Shown here one piece after another: positions 22,759-34,597 of a stretch of DNA of 64,000 nt. Below the pieces are notes generated by a model. That model made no database searches and was not told the origin of the DNA. It was given only the letters and a program-made list of their open reading frames with translations. The translations under genes were made by a program, and so were the position numbers. Positions within the stretch are counted from its first letter, which is position 1, and the number at the start of each line of letters is the position of its first letter. The DNA comes from Blepharisma stoltei ATCC 30299 (Eukaryota > Protista > Ciliophora): assembly GCA_965603825.1 (NCBI GenBank), contig CBFDEM010000039.1, positions 558,001 to 622,000 on the forward strand, written 5' to 3'.

Positions 22759-24186
22759 ATGTCAGCTATAAATAGAAGCGAATCCCCTCTTACACTGTAA
22801 ATTTTAAGCAGATGGAGATGTCCCAATAAATACAAAAAATTAGACGAGTTGCATAAAGAAATACGCAGAGAAAAGCGTAGCATTATTTCTGTAGGAAATT
22901 CGATACCTCCCTTAATAAAATCATTTAAGAGATTAGGGGTTCCTCGAGATATTAGGAAAATTTTGAAAAAAATGCATATAAGGAAGCCAACTTCTTTGCA
23001 GATGCAAGCTCTGCCTGCTATTCTTATAGGGAGAGACACATTGATGATGTCGCTTACAAGATCAGGAAAAACTTTAGCATTTTGTTTGCCGCTGATTATG
23101 GGGTCGTTTGAAGAGGAACATAGGATGAATTTTATTGAAGGAGAAGGCCCGGTTGGGCTAATTGTGGTCCCATCTCGTGAGCTTGCTTATCAGATTTATA
23201 AATTCATATTAAAAATTATTGATGAAGCAAGAAATTATCCCAAAATCAGAGTGATTTTGTGCATTGGAGGCGTTGATATGAAACATCAAATGGAAATTCT
23301 GAGGCAAGGAGTCCATATAATTATTTCTACCCCTGGAAGGCTTTCAGATATGCTTGCAAAGCATAAAATATTTTTAGCCCACTGCAAAGCAATTGTCCTA
23401 GATGAAGCTGACAGGCTGCTTGATTTAGGATTTGAAGATGACATCAGGATTATCTTAAGCCATGCTAGGCCGGCTTGCCAAATAATATTATCTTCAGCCA
23501 CAATTCCAAAGAAAATTCAAGAATTTTCTCGGCAAGCTATGAAAGATCCAATTTTTATTAATTTATCAAGGCAATCATTATCCAAATTAAAATTAACACA
23601 AGAGGTTGAATATGCAGGCCATGATCAGAAATTATTGAAATTGTTAGAAACCATGCAAAAAACCAATCCACCTATATTGATTTTTTGTGAAAATAAAATA
23701 GATGCTGATAAAATAGAAAGATTTTTATATGAAAAAAGAATAGATGTGGCTTGCCTGCACGGAGGAAAAGAACAAAATGAAAGAACACAAGCAATTAAAG
23801 ATTTTAATAGAGGAAAACTTGATGTGCTGGCAGCGACTGACGTCGCTGCAAAAGGGCTAAATTTTTATAATGTGAGACATATAATTAATTTTGATCTGCC
23901 TAAAGAAATTGACAGTTATATCCAAAGGGTGTGCAGAGCAGGAAAAAGGGCAGTTATCACCACATATTTAAGCTATAATTTAGATAAACTGCTTTTATGT
24001 GACCTTAAACATTTTTTAGAAGACTCCAGACAGAATATTCCAATAGAGTTAGAAGGGATTTTAGATGGAGAAGATGAGCAGGTGACAAGAGAAGGAAACT
24101 GTGCTTACTGTAAGCTCCCAGACCATAGGAGATCCTCATGTCCTACATTACAGCAAGAAAGGCTTAAATCATTGCTTCCTATTTAA
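22759..24186 (+). CDS. DEAD-box RNA helicase, divergent DDX41/Abstrakt-like, with C-terminal CCHC knuckle; one 15-nt intron (22797-22811); 470 aa
   Basis: GEGPVGLIVVPSRELA, LCIGGVDM, TPGRL, DEAD, SAT, PPILIFCENK, HGGKEQ, CAYC..DH....CP; ATG 22759 joins in frame after removing the intron. Confidence 0.85.
22797..22811 (+). other. 15-nt spliceosomal intron GTAAATTTTAAGCAG
   Basis: GT..AG, A at position 10; retention gives an in-frame TAA, removal restores the ORF from ATG 22759. Confidence 0.8.
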
Positions 24187-24520
24187 TTTGGTTGAAAAAT
24201 TATAATTTTATTATTTTTGTTATATTAAGGTTTTAAAGAAAACCAGAATATTTATATAGCTGAGGCTGATTTTGTTGATAATATATGTCTAGTGGGTTTT
24301 TATTCCTATCGGGCATTCCTCACTTTTATTTCAAATTTTAAATATTGGCTTTTTTGAAATGGTTGCCGCCCCATATAATAATCCTTTATTTTTATCACAT
24401 TATTTTTTCAATTGTGGGGTAAAGACCAGAGCTATTCGAGATTGAGTATCCTTATTCATAAAATTACTTAATTTAGGATATAAAATTATATTGCTTCTTA
24501 ATGCTAAATTCTATTTTAGC

Positions 24521-25663
24521 TTAATAGATTGCAACAGCAATCAAGATTGATATTTCTAGTGCGAATGCTCCTGAATCTGAATTTCCATCGCTGTCATCAT
24601 CATTATTTCCATGCCCATCGTAAGCATTTTTTATTTCTAACCAATTTTCTGCCATAGTCTCCAGCACACAGTCTTCAGCTCCAATAATGGAATTAAGCAT
24701 AGTTAACTGAGTCTGATAGTAAACAAAAGCATTATAATCTTTAGTACTCCAATAAGTTTTCACGCAATTGCTGTCTGTTCTTGAAAAAGTATTACATTTA
24801 AATATATCTTTGCTTTCTATCCATTTAGTCCAGATCTTATTATATTGAAGAGACGCTGGATCTCCAGGCAATGCTGAGCAATGAGCAGTTCCTTGACTGT
24901 TAAGTGAGCATTGGCAATTTCCTCCTGTAATGTATGGAGGATTAAAGAAACTATCTGGATTTGATTCACAACTATCATCTTCCTCATCAGGATTGCATTC
25001 TGCACCTTGACCTTTTACTGTAGAGAATAAATCTGTACAATAAAATACCCTATTATGAAAGTCTTCCCAGCAGATTGAATAAGGACACAGCATGCTTTTG
25101 CCGTTGTAGCATTGGGCAACAGGATCATGGACTTTGAATGACTTATACAAATAGCAAGTGTTTTTAGTAGGGTCATTGTAAGATGTTTCATTACAAGCAG
25201 CATTGTTCACGCAGTCATAATCACTTGTGCAGCCACTTTCTCCAATTTTAATTTGTGGTACACAGATATTGTCTTTGCAATAAGTCCCAGGCTCGCATGT
25301 ACCACTATTTTGGCATTCTCCGCCTTTTGCAGTTCCTATGCAAATTCCATCTTTGCAAGGTAAAGCGTAAGAGCAATCATCTGATGTCTTACAAAATTCT
25401 CCAGGATTGTTTGAGTAATGTTGCGGAGTTGGTAAAGAGCAGCTGTAGTTAAATTGATATGAAGATGTTTGATCAGGGACGCACTGGTACTTTGAGTCTG
25501 AGCATTTTCGTGAATAGTAGGTATCTGTTAAATTGTCATTATAAATGCAAGTTTCTGGCAGAAAAACTTGTTCTGAAGTCTTACAGGTATATTTGAAGCA
25601 ACCCCAAGCAAAATGCATAAGTGTGAACAAAATGAGGAAAAAGCAGCTTAAAGACTTGGCCAT
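24521..25663 (-). CDS. Cys-rich surface protein, copy 1 (signal peptide, acidic linker, GPI-signal-like hydrophobic tail)
   Basis: 380-aa ORF with many regularly spaced Cys; family motifs YTCK, PQIxIGxxGCxxDxDCVNNAAC, FFNPPY, PGD, IIGAEDCVL. Confidence 0.85.
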   Translation of the reverse strand: MAKSLSCFFLILFTLMHFAWGCFKYTCKTSEQVFLPETCIYNDNLTDTYYSRKCSDSKYQCVPDQTSSYQFNYSCSLPTPQHYSNNPGEFCKTSDDCSYALPCKDGICIGTAKGGECQNSGTCEPGTYCKDNICVPQIKIGESGCTSDYDCVNNAACNETSYNDPTKNTCYLYKSFKVHDPVAQCYNGKSMLCPYSICWEDFHNRVFYCTDLFSTVKGQGAECNPDEEDDSCESNPDSFFNPPYITGGNCQCSLNSQGTAHCSALPGDPASLQYNKIWTKWIESKDIFKCNTFSRTDSNCVKTYWSTKDYNAFVYYQTQLTMLNSIIGAEDCVLETMAENWLEIKNAYDGHGNNDDDSDGNSDSGAFALEISILIAVAIY

Positions 25664-26444
25664 TTTATATATTCACCAAATTATATTTATGTAATTATAG
25701 TTTAAGCAAATTTTCAATTAATATTATTATAATAGTAGAAATATGAGCAAAATAAATTTTGTAAGGCTCTGTCTGTATAAAGAATAGCTTTAACGTCTCT
25801 TAAGCTAATAAAAGTATTGTCAGATATTTTATTTAATGCTATAAATAATATATCTACGATTAACTAAAACAATTTAAAAATTCAAAATCTACTAGTAGAA
25901 ATAAGTTCTTATATGTCTAAATGCATGCTAAAACAGATTAATGCTTTAGCCATTTTAGCTGTATATTTTGATATCAATATAATATTATGAGAATAAGCCA
26001 AAAATGTAAGAATTGAAAATTTTTGAAAATATAATATATTTGTATTATTTTAAAGGGCTTTATAAAGAGTATAGATATAAGATTCATTGTAAAAGATCTA
26101 AAAATAGTATTATGCAAATAATACACTATTAAATATGAAGCAGAAGCTATTTAAATTATAGCTCTTAGCTTAAAAAATTTGAAACAATTGGAAAAATATT
26201 GAGAATTAATGACTTTTCAAAATAAATAAAATTGTATAAATGTGCTAATTTATGTTCGCATAAATTAAATATTATTGAAGAAACATGCTCACTTTTCTCA
26301 TATTTATTTGAAAATGGATTTAAAATTCTTCATAATTCCTAAGGATTACTTTCAGACATTTAGGGTTTCAAGCATCCTGTGTCATAATATTATTTATTTT
26401 AGCATATGAAATTATATTACTTTTTAAATCTAAATATTTTTAGC

Positions 26445-27749
26445 TTAAGAGATTGCAAACAGCAATCAAAATCGATATCTTTAAAGCAAATGCTCCTGAA
26501 TCTGAATTTCCACCACTGTCATCATCATTATTACCATGCCCATCAAAAGCATTTTTTGCTTCTAACCAATTTTTTGCTCGAGTCTCCAACACACAATCTT
26601 CAGCTCCAATAATGGCATTGAACATATCTAACTGAAATTGATAGTAAACAAAAGCATTATAATCTTTAGCACTCCAATAAATTTTCACGCAATTTCTGTC
26701 TGTTCTTGCAACAGTATTGCATTTTAAGATATCTTTGCTTTCTACCCACTTAGTCCGGGTCTTATTATACTGAACAGACGCTGGATCTCCAGGCAAATGC
26801 TGAGCAATGAGCAGTTCCTTGGCTATTAAATGAGCATTGGCAGTGGCCTTGTATAATATATGGAGGATCAAAGAAATTATCTGGATTTGAGCCGCAGCTT
26901 CCATCATCGTCATCAGGATTGCATTCTGCACCTTGTCCTTTTACTGTAGAAAATAAATCTGTACAATAAAAGATTCTATTACCGAGGTCTTCCGAACAGA
27001 CTAAATAAGGGCATAGCACACTCCTGCCACCGTAGCATTGGGCAACAGGGTCGTGGACTTTGAATGACCTATTCAAATAGCAAGTGTTTTTTGTAGGGTC
27101 ATTGTAGGAAGTTTGATTGCAGGCAGCGTTGTTTACACAATCATAATCGTTTGTGCAGCAACATTTTTTATTCCTTGAGGAAATTTTATATTTACTAGGT
27201 CATTTCCTCATTACTATATGGTCGAAACTCTTCTTTATCTTGGAGAATAGCAATTTGCTGATCAAATAACCAAAAAAATTCTGAGAAGCAGTCGCGACTA
27301 AAAGCGTGCTACCTTTTGTGCAGCCACTCTCACCAATTTTGATTTGTGGAACGCAGATGTTGTTTTTGCAATAAGTTCCTGAACATTCCGCCAGCTGTGC
27401 ACTCTCCGCCTTTAGGAGTTCCTACGCAAACTCCATCTTTACAAGGTAGAGAGTAAGAACAATCATCTGAAGTCTTACAAAATACTCCAGGATAGTTAGA
27501 GTAAGTTTGCGAAGTTGGTAAGGAACAACTGTAGTTAAGTTGATATGAAGATGCTTGATCTGGGAAACACTGATACTTTGAGTCTGAGCATTTTCGTGAA
27601 TAGTAAGTATCAGTTAAATTGTCATTATAAATGCAAGTTTCTGGTAGAAACGCTTGTTCTGAAGTCTTACAGGTATATTTGAAGCAACCCCAAGCGAAAT
27701 GTATAAGTGTGAACAAACTGAGGAAAAAGCAACTTAAGGACCTAGCCAT
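26445..27749 (-). pseudogene. Cys-rich surface protein copy 2, pseudogene (frameshifts near 27385, 26795 and 26457; 155-bp insertion)
   Basis: Colinear with and highly similar to copy 1 apart from the indels. Confidence 0.85.
27150..27324. mobile_element. 155-bp insertion flanked by a 10-bp target-site duplication TTTGTGCAGC
   Basis: Repeat at 27150-27159 and 27315-27324; copy 1 has a single homologous site and no insert. Confidence 0.8.
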
Positions 27750-28711
27750 TTTTTATATTCGCCAAGTTAGATTTACGTAATTTATAATTTTAGCAAACAT
27801 TTTACTATTAATATTTAATATTAATAATATGAACAAAATATTTTGAATTAAAATTTTGCATAGTTTCATTTGTATAAGCAATAGTTTTAGAGTTTCGTAA
27901 GCTTATAAAAGAATAGTCAACTATTTTATTTAATGCTAGAAATTAGAATCTATGATTTACTAAAAAATTAAAAATTTAAATCTGCTATCAGAAACAAGTT
28001 TTTATAAGTATAAAAGTATAAATTTATACTCATCAAGTAGATTAATGCTTTAGCCGCTTTAGCTGGATATTTTGGTATTAATAATATTAGAATGAGCAAA
28101 AAATTGTTTAATATAATTTTGTTTTAAAGGATGCGCTAATATAAGAATAAAAATTATAATATCAAAATTCCTTGCTTGCTCTTTTGAATTTGCATTTTAG
28201 AGCCAACACGAAATTATAAATTTTACCAATTGCTGTCTATGTAAGCAACAGTTTTAGCTTCACTTAGCTAGGAAAAACATAATTAATTATTTTATTCAAT
28301 ATTATTAAATATATATCTCTTGTTAACTAAAAAACCTCAATCTATTAACATAAGCAAGTTTCTATTGTTTTAAGATAAATTTATAAAATATGGAAGTCAT
28401 TTTAGCTGGATATTTGGTATTTTAATATTATTTGGATAGATAAGACATGAGAGTCTTGAATGAGGAATTAATTATCAAGCTATTTTCATCTTGTTATAAT
28501 AACTATTGGCTCATGCGACATAATTATTGACAACATATTTTTTTAATTGGAAATTATTTCAGCTCTATTTATCTTCTTCAATTTTCTCAGCAAAAGCTTT
28601 AATTTTCGGCAAAATGTCAAATGAGGGAAAAAGTTTTGAGCAAATATGGAATAAAATTGCGTCAAAAGAAGAGTTGCAATATATTATTTAATATATTCTA
28701 TTAATTTTAGC

Positions 28712-29390
28712 TTAATAGACCATAATGGCAATTGAGATTGATATCCCTAGAGCAAAAGCTCCTGAGTCGTTCTGCTATCAGTGTCATCATCATTATTGCC
28801 ATACCCATTATAAGCGTTTTTTGCTTCTAAGTAATTTTCTGCTAAAGTCTGTAGAACACAATCTTCTGCCCCAATAATGCCATTAAACATGCTTAACTGG
28901 ATTTGGTAATAGTTATAGGCATTGTAATCTTCAGTACTCCAATAAGTTTTAACACAGTTGATGTCTAGCCTTGAAAAAGTATTGCATTTAAAAATATGCT
29001 GCTTAAGTTTAGCAGTTCTATCTCCCCGTGCAAGCTGAGCAAGCAAGCATTATATAGTCCTATTTGGGTAAAATAAATCCCCTAAATGAACTACCAACAT
29101 TTTTATTATGAAATATTTTGATTTTAAGTAATTATATCATAGCTCAATCTGAATTTTAAACATCTTACATTCTTGATAATAAATTTATGCGATTTATACA
29201 TAGATAATAAAGGTTTTTTTGTAATTTTCAAATTTAGAAAAGAATATCCTTCAAACTTAAGTTGTCATTGTAAACACAAGTTTCAGGAAGGAAAACTTGT
29301 TCTGAAGTTTTGCAGGCATATTTGTAGCAACCCCTAGCAAAATCAATAAGTGTACAAAGAGAGGAAAAGGAAGCTTAAAGACCTGGCCAT
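28712..29390 (-). pseudogene. Cys-rich surface protein copy 3, internally deleted pseudogene
   Basis: Only the N-terminal (29390-29257) and C-terminal (28995-28712) segments remain, separated by unrelated DNA. Confidence 0.8.
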
Positions 29391-30290
29391 TTTATTTATT
29401 CAACAAATTAGAAAAATAGTAAACTATATTTAGCGAAGTTTTTGGATTAATGCTATTATTTTAATATTTTAAACAGACTAAACAAAATTTAAATAATTAT
29501 TTTGCCTTTAAACTAGCTTTCAGGGTGGAAAAAATAAATTATATTTTAAAAATTTATGTATTGACTCAAAAAAATTATAATAGGTTCAATGCAGAAGATT
29601 ATAGGTAATATATTAAATGTTACAGGTTTAAATAAATATTATTTGCACTTTTTAAGCATACTTAGTAGCAGCTTAATATATGCAGCTAATTAGATGCTGC
29701 TTTTGAAATCCTATGCCTATTAATTAAACATAATAAAATTAATTTAAGACTGATAAAGAAATTCTGCTGGAATGTTTCGTATTAAAACAATTCCAAGACT
29801 TTCTGCGCAGAATTCAACGCTGAAGCATTAATTTTAATAAATATATATAATTATTGAATTTATGATTGTTTATTTTTACTTTAGTTACTAAATTGTCAAT
29901 AAGGTTAGTATGCCGAGAACGAAAAGTCTTTGCTATTATTTAAATTGATGCTATAATCATCATTGTCATTCCATCATACTTCCTCTGACTTCTGGCTCGG
30001 CCTCGTGAAAGAGGACATAATGGTAATCCTTATTAAATTTTGGATATATAAATTATAATATAAAATTTAATCAATTATCATTAATAAATTAAGATATACG
30101 TATTTAATTAAAACCTCAATTAGAGATTAAAATAAACATTTAGATATAATATTTAAGTATTATTATTTAATTAAAATTAATGAAAAATAGCCTAGACTGA
30201 TCTAAAATTTGTTGAAAATTTATAAAATCTCCATAATCTATATTTATTAAAAAAATTAAAGTCAAATCTTTCGATTAACTTAATGCTTAC

Positions 30291-31376
30291 TTAGAAGGCC
30301 ACAGCCTCAACGTTAGAGTTATTGAACGCATTCCTAGCCTGCACATAATTTTCAGCAAAAGCGTTTAGGACGCAATCTTCTATCCCTACCAGCCTATTAT
30401 ATAAGCTACTCTGCAAGTTATAATAGACAAACGCATTATACTGCTTAGAACTCCAGTAAGTCTGCACACAGTTGCTGTCAAATCTTTTAACTGTATTACA
30501 GTTCAACAACTCTGGGCTGTTTACCCACTCATTAAAAATATTTAGCCATTGCTGGTTAGGTGCATCTCCTGGCAAAACTTCACAATAAGAGTTCCCCTCA
30601 CTATTCAGCCCACAATCGCATTCTCCCTCTATGGAGTATGGAGGAGTAAAGAAAGAATCTTTATTAGAATAGCACCCTCTCCCATTGACATCACATTGAG
30701 ACCCTGGGCCTTGTAAAGTATAGAATAAGTCTGTGCAGTAGCTTTTCCCATCGGAATTCTGAGCACAGTAGTAATATTGGCATAAAGTATGGAACCCAGA
30801 ATAGCACTCTCCAACCTCATCATGGACTTTAAATGAATGAAAGCCATAGCAAGTGTTTTGGGAAGGGTTAGAATAAGAAATAATATTGCAAGCTGCATTG
30901 TTGACACAATCATAGTCCCAGGTGCAGCCAGATTCCCCAATTTGAAGCTGTGGAATACAAGTGTTATTTGTGCATCGTAAACCAGGGTTACATTGCTCAC
31001 TCCAACTGCAATATTCTCCATTTGAAACACCTACACAAATTCCATTTTGGCATGTCAAAGAAAGTCCAGGAGCACAATCGTCGTCTGTCTTGCACCATTC
31101 TCCTGGATAGCTATTGACAGGTGGAACATAAGTTTCTTGGCAAGTATAGTTGAATTGATAGGAAGTTGAGTGCTGTTGGTCTGGATAGCATTCTAAAGAG
31201 CTATCCTGGCATGGCTGAACGTAATAGGTATTGGTTATGTTGTTATTAAAGCCACATTGATTAGGATACCAGACCTGGTCTGGAGTTTTGCAAGTATATG
31301 CTGAGCAGTCAATGCCAAAAGCAAAACTTAGACCAATAGTGAGCTGGAGAACCAAAATCATTTTTGACGCAGCCAT
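30291..31376 (-). CDS. Cys-rich protein copy 4 (signal peptide, no hydrophobic C-terminal tail)
   Basis: 361-aa ORF with the family motifs; ends NSNVEAVAF*. Confidence 0.85.
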   Translation of the reverse strand: MAASKMILVLQLTIGLSFAFGIDCSAYTCKTPDQVWYPNQCGFNNNITNTYYVQPCQDSSLECYPDQQHSTSYQFNYTCQETYVPPVNSYPGEWCKTDDDCAPGLSLTCQNGICVGVSNGEYCSWSEQCNPGLRCTNNTCIPQLQIGESGCTWDYDCVNNAACNIISYSNPSQNTCYGFHSFKVHDEVGECYSGFHTLCQYYYCAQNSDGKSYCTDLFYTLQGPGSQCDVNGRGCYSNKDSFFTPPYSIEGECDCGLNSEGNSYCEVLPGDAPNQQWLNIFNEWVNSPELLNCNTVKRFDSNCVQTYWSSKQYNAFVYYNLQSSLYNRLVGIEDCVLNAFAENYVQARNAFNNSNVEAVAF

Positions 31377-31381
31377 TTTAT

Positions 31382-32571
31382 TTATTCACCAGCTTTATCC
31401 TCATAGGTCCACCAAGCTGAGTCCTTACTCATAAAGTCGTTTTCATTACTTTATGTTTCTGTAAAATCCATTAAATCCATCCCTTCTTCTACATCCAGCA
31501 TGTAAGGATTTTTTCCTAAAAAGCTCACAAAAAATCTCACCTATTTCTTTGAAAATATTGGCAATGTAATTCCAATTTAAAATTGATGATGCGCTTGCCA
31601 TTTAATTTGTAGGTGGGAAATGGGATGTATCACCAAAAAAAACTCTTACTAGTTAGAAAGCAAACAAACCATAAAGATTTTCTTTTTTTTATTTCAGCAA
31701 TGGCATCTTCTCTATATTTAGTAACTTCATCGAAAATAGATAAAGCTGCATAAATGTAATAATAATTTTCGTATTTTTAATTAGCTAAAATTTGTCAGGG
31801 CCAAGCATTTGAATAAAAATTCAAATTTTTTTTCATTTGGGCATTTTTATAAGGAAAGGGCCTTAAATTCATAATAATTTTCCTTCAATTAGAATTTAGA
31901 TTGCATAGAAATCTTATTGATGAGGCAGCGTCATTTATACCTAAGCTAGAATAGCTGGGCTTTCTAAACCTTTAATTATAGAGTTATGATCTAAAGCCAC
32001 ACAAGAATCTGAATTTCCTATCAATTTATTGATAGAAAATATTTCATTATAAACTTAAATTGAAATATCTGCAGATCTTTAGATGAAAATGAAAAGTTTT
32101 CTATTAATTTAGCAGGATATTGATCTCTTAAGTCTGATAGAATTAAGCTTCCAAGCCCTTTCGGTGTCTAGCAGATAGAATGACAAATTTAAACCCCTTC
32201 AAGGCGGTCACATTGTTCTGCAGATTTTATGATTGTGTGAAAGATAGTTTCTTCCGGCTCGAAACCTAAGGTTTTATAGCCTTTTGCTCAAATGCCTTGG
32301 CCAGAAATCAGCATATCTGGCCTATAAAGTTTTGATAAGGAGGAACAGTGCAGATCATCGATGGTTTGAGAGTCTAAATCGATCATATTTGCTCTTGGAT
32401 AGTATTTTGAATCATTTTCATCGAAATAGATGTCTATTTTACAAGTACTTGGTATAAACTCGTAATATTTGACTTCATTATCGATTTTATGCTCATCTAG
32501 AAATGCTTTCCAAAACTTTGAACCTAAAGAATTTTCACATTGGCCAATTTGCAAATCTAATGACCTCTCAT
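31382..32571 (-). pseudogene. Decayed divergent beta-tubulin-like pseudogene
   Basis: MR..LQIGQCENSLGSKFW..DEH..YYPRA.MIDLD..YRPD..WAKGY..AEQCDRLEG..GLGSLILSDLRDQYP; C-terminal EGMDLMDFTET*SNEND; many stops and frameshifts. Confidence 0.8.
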
Positions 32572-32682
32572 ATAATAACTATTAATTGATAATAGTTATG
32601 CCAAGATTGATATTTTTACTATTTAATGATTATTCTTAAATAATCAACACAGTTACTATTAATCCTTAATGTTAAGGATTAT

Positions 32683-33756
32683 TTAATAAAGGATGAATAG
32701 GATCAGTAAATTTATTTCTAAAGGAATCAAAGAATTATCATCAGAATCTCCCTTGCCATCTAATCTTTTGGCATAGGCATATTCTGAGGCAACAGTATCT
32801 ATTACACTTTTTTTGCTTCCAACAATATAACTATAGAAGTTGAAATAGCTTTGCCAATAAAACAATTCATCAAAATGTTTGCTGTCTCAATAATCTCTAA
32901 TGCACTTAAACTCATTTCTCCTGGCTGTATTAGAGTTAAAAATTGCATTACTTGAATACCATTTTGCTCAGAAACTTAATAAAATGGCTCCAGGACCATC
33001 TCCAAGGAAAAGTTCGCAATGAGACTTTCCTTCTAAGTTATAGCCGCAAGAGCATGCTTGATTAGCAACAAATGGAGGGTTAAAAAAATTGCCTGGGCTA
33101 GAAGAGCATTAATCTAGATTTATTCTGCAAAGCGAAGCTGGTTCTGAATCAGAGATCAGTAAGTTTGTGCAATAATAATTGCCATCAACTGCATTTTCAG
33201 CGCAAGTGAGGTATTTGGATAGTAAACTTCTCGAGTTAAAGCAGCCTCCAACTGGTGCATGTGGTTCAAATGTAAATACTTGATAGCAAGTGTTAGATTG
33301 TGGGTTTCCCGCAGCTGTGATATTACAGGCACCATTTTTTACACATTCATAATCACTTAAGCAGCCGTTTCTCCCAATTTCTATTTGATGAACACATTCT
33401 TGATTAGGCAATAAGTTCCTGGCATGCATTGATAATTTGATCTACAAGACTGGCCAGCAGAAACTCCTTGGCATTTTCAATTATTGCAGCCTCTGCTCCA
33501 AATGGGATCACATTCAGCACTTTTTTTGCATGTTTCTCCTATGCTACTTATACCCAAGCTAAATTTATCATCTTTACAGGTTTTATTTTGGGAATTTAAA
33601 TCATAAATGCATAGTTTGTCACCCGAGCACTCTTTTGAGTAATAAATATAGGCATCTTCGTCATAATAAACACATGTGTCATCTTCAAAAGCCATAAATG
33701 AAGGCTTACATGTATCCTATATAAAATAGCCCAAAAATGTTGCTCTCCAAGTTCAT
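32683..33756 (-). pseudogene. Cys-rich surface protein copy 5, pseudogene
   Basis: Frameshifting deletion in the signal peptide, frameshift near 33405, TAA at 33109; otherwise colinear with copies 6-8. Confidence 0.8.
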
Positions 33757-34597
33757 TTTGATTTTATTCAACAATTTAATAGTAGAATGGAAAGGCCTGC
33801 ATAGAGAAAAATTTTAAAATCCTGATACTTTTATAGAATCGAAAAAGAACTATTCTTTACAAGTTGAATTATTGATTTTTATTATATAAGCTGAGAAATG
33901 CAAGTATTTTTTGAAAGATTTTGCAAGTTAATAAAGGATAGAATAAAATTATATTCTGCAAGAAAATTTGAATCACAAGAGAGTTTATACATTTTATTGA
34001 AAATTTCATAAAATTGTGTCATCAATTTTTAATACAAAAAAATATTTATCTTCTTTGCTCCTTCATTCTTGATTTATAAGTAGCCATCACTCGACTAGAG
34101 AAGAGGTAAATCTTTCTATTAAGATGGGAATTAATTTTAGGAATTTAATTGGATTACTCGATCATATAAATAAGAATGATATGGCAAACTAACCCTCACA
34201 CATTTAGGAGACCTTAAGGCGAGCGATTTTCAGAGCCCAAATAGTGTTAATAGGATTGCCTAGAAGGGATCGGGAAGAAATAATTTATCTTTCGTAATTA
34301 TATTTGATAGAAAAACATTTTGGTATAAATTTTAGATTCCTATTAACAGTTTTCATTTATTTTAATATAGAATTAATTGAATATCGTTTATGTGTAGAAA
34401 CTATTTTTTTTCTTGTGAATAGCCCAATAGGTGGCATTTTTAGTTGATAAAGCATGAAAATCATGGCTTAATGGGGCAGGAAAACCAACCTAGATTTTAA
34501 TATAGAATATAAAATGGTAAAAAATCTTGCTGTATAATTAATAATTTGTCGTAAAATAGAAGATCTCAATCTTATAAATCTTAATATTTAAGACTAT

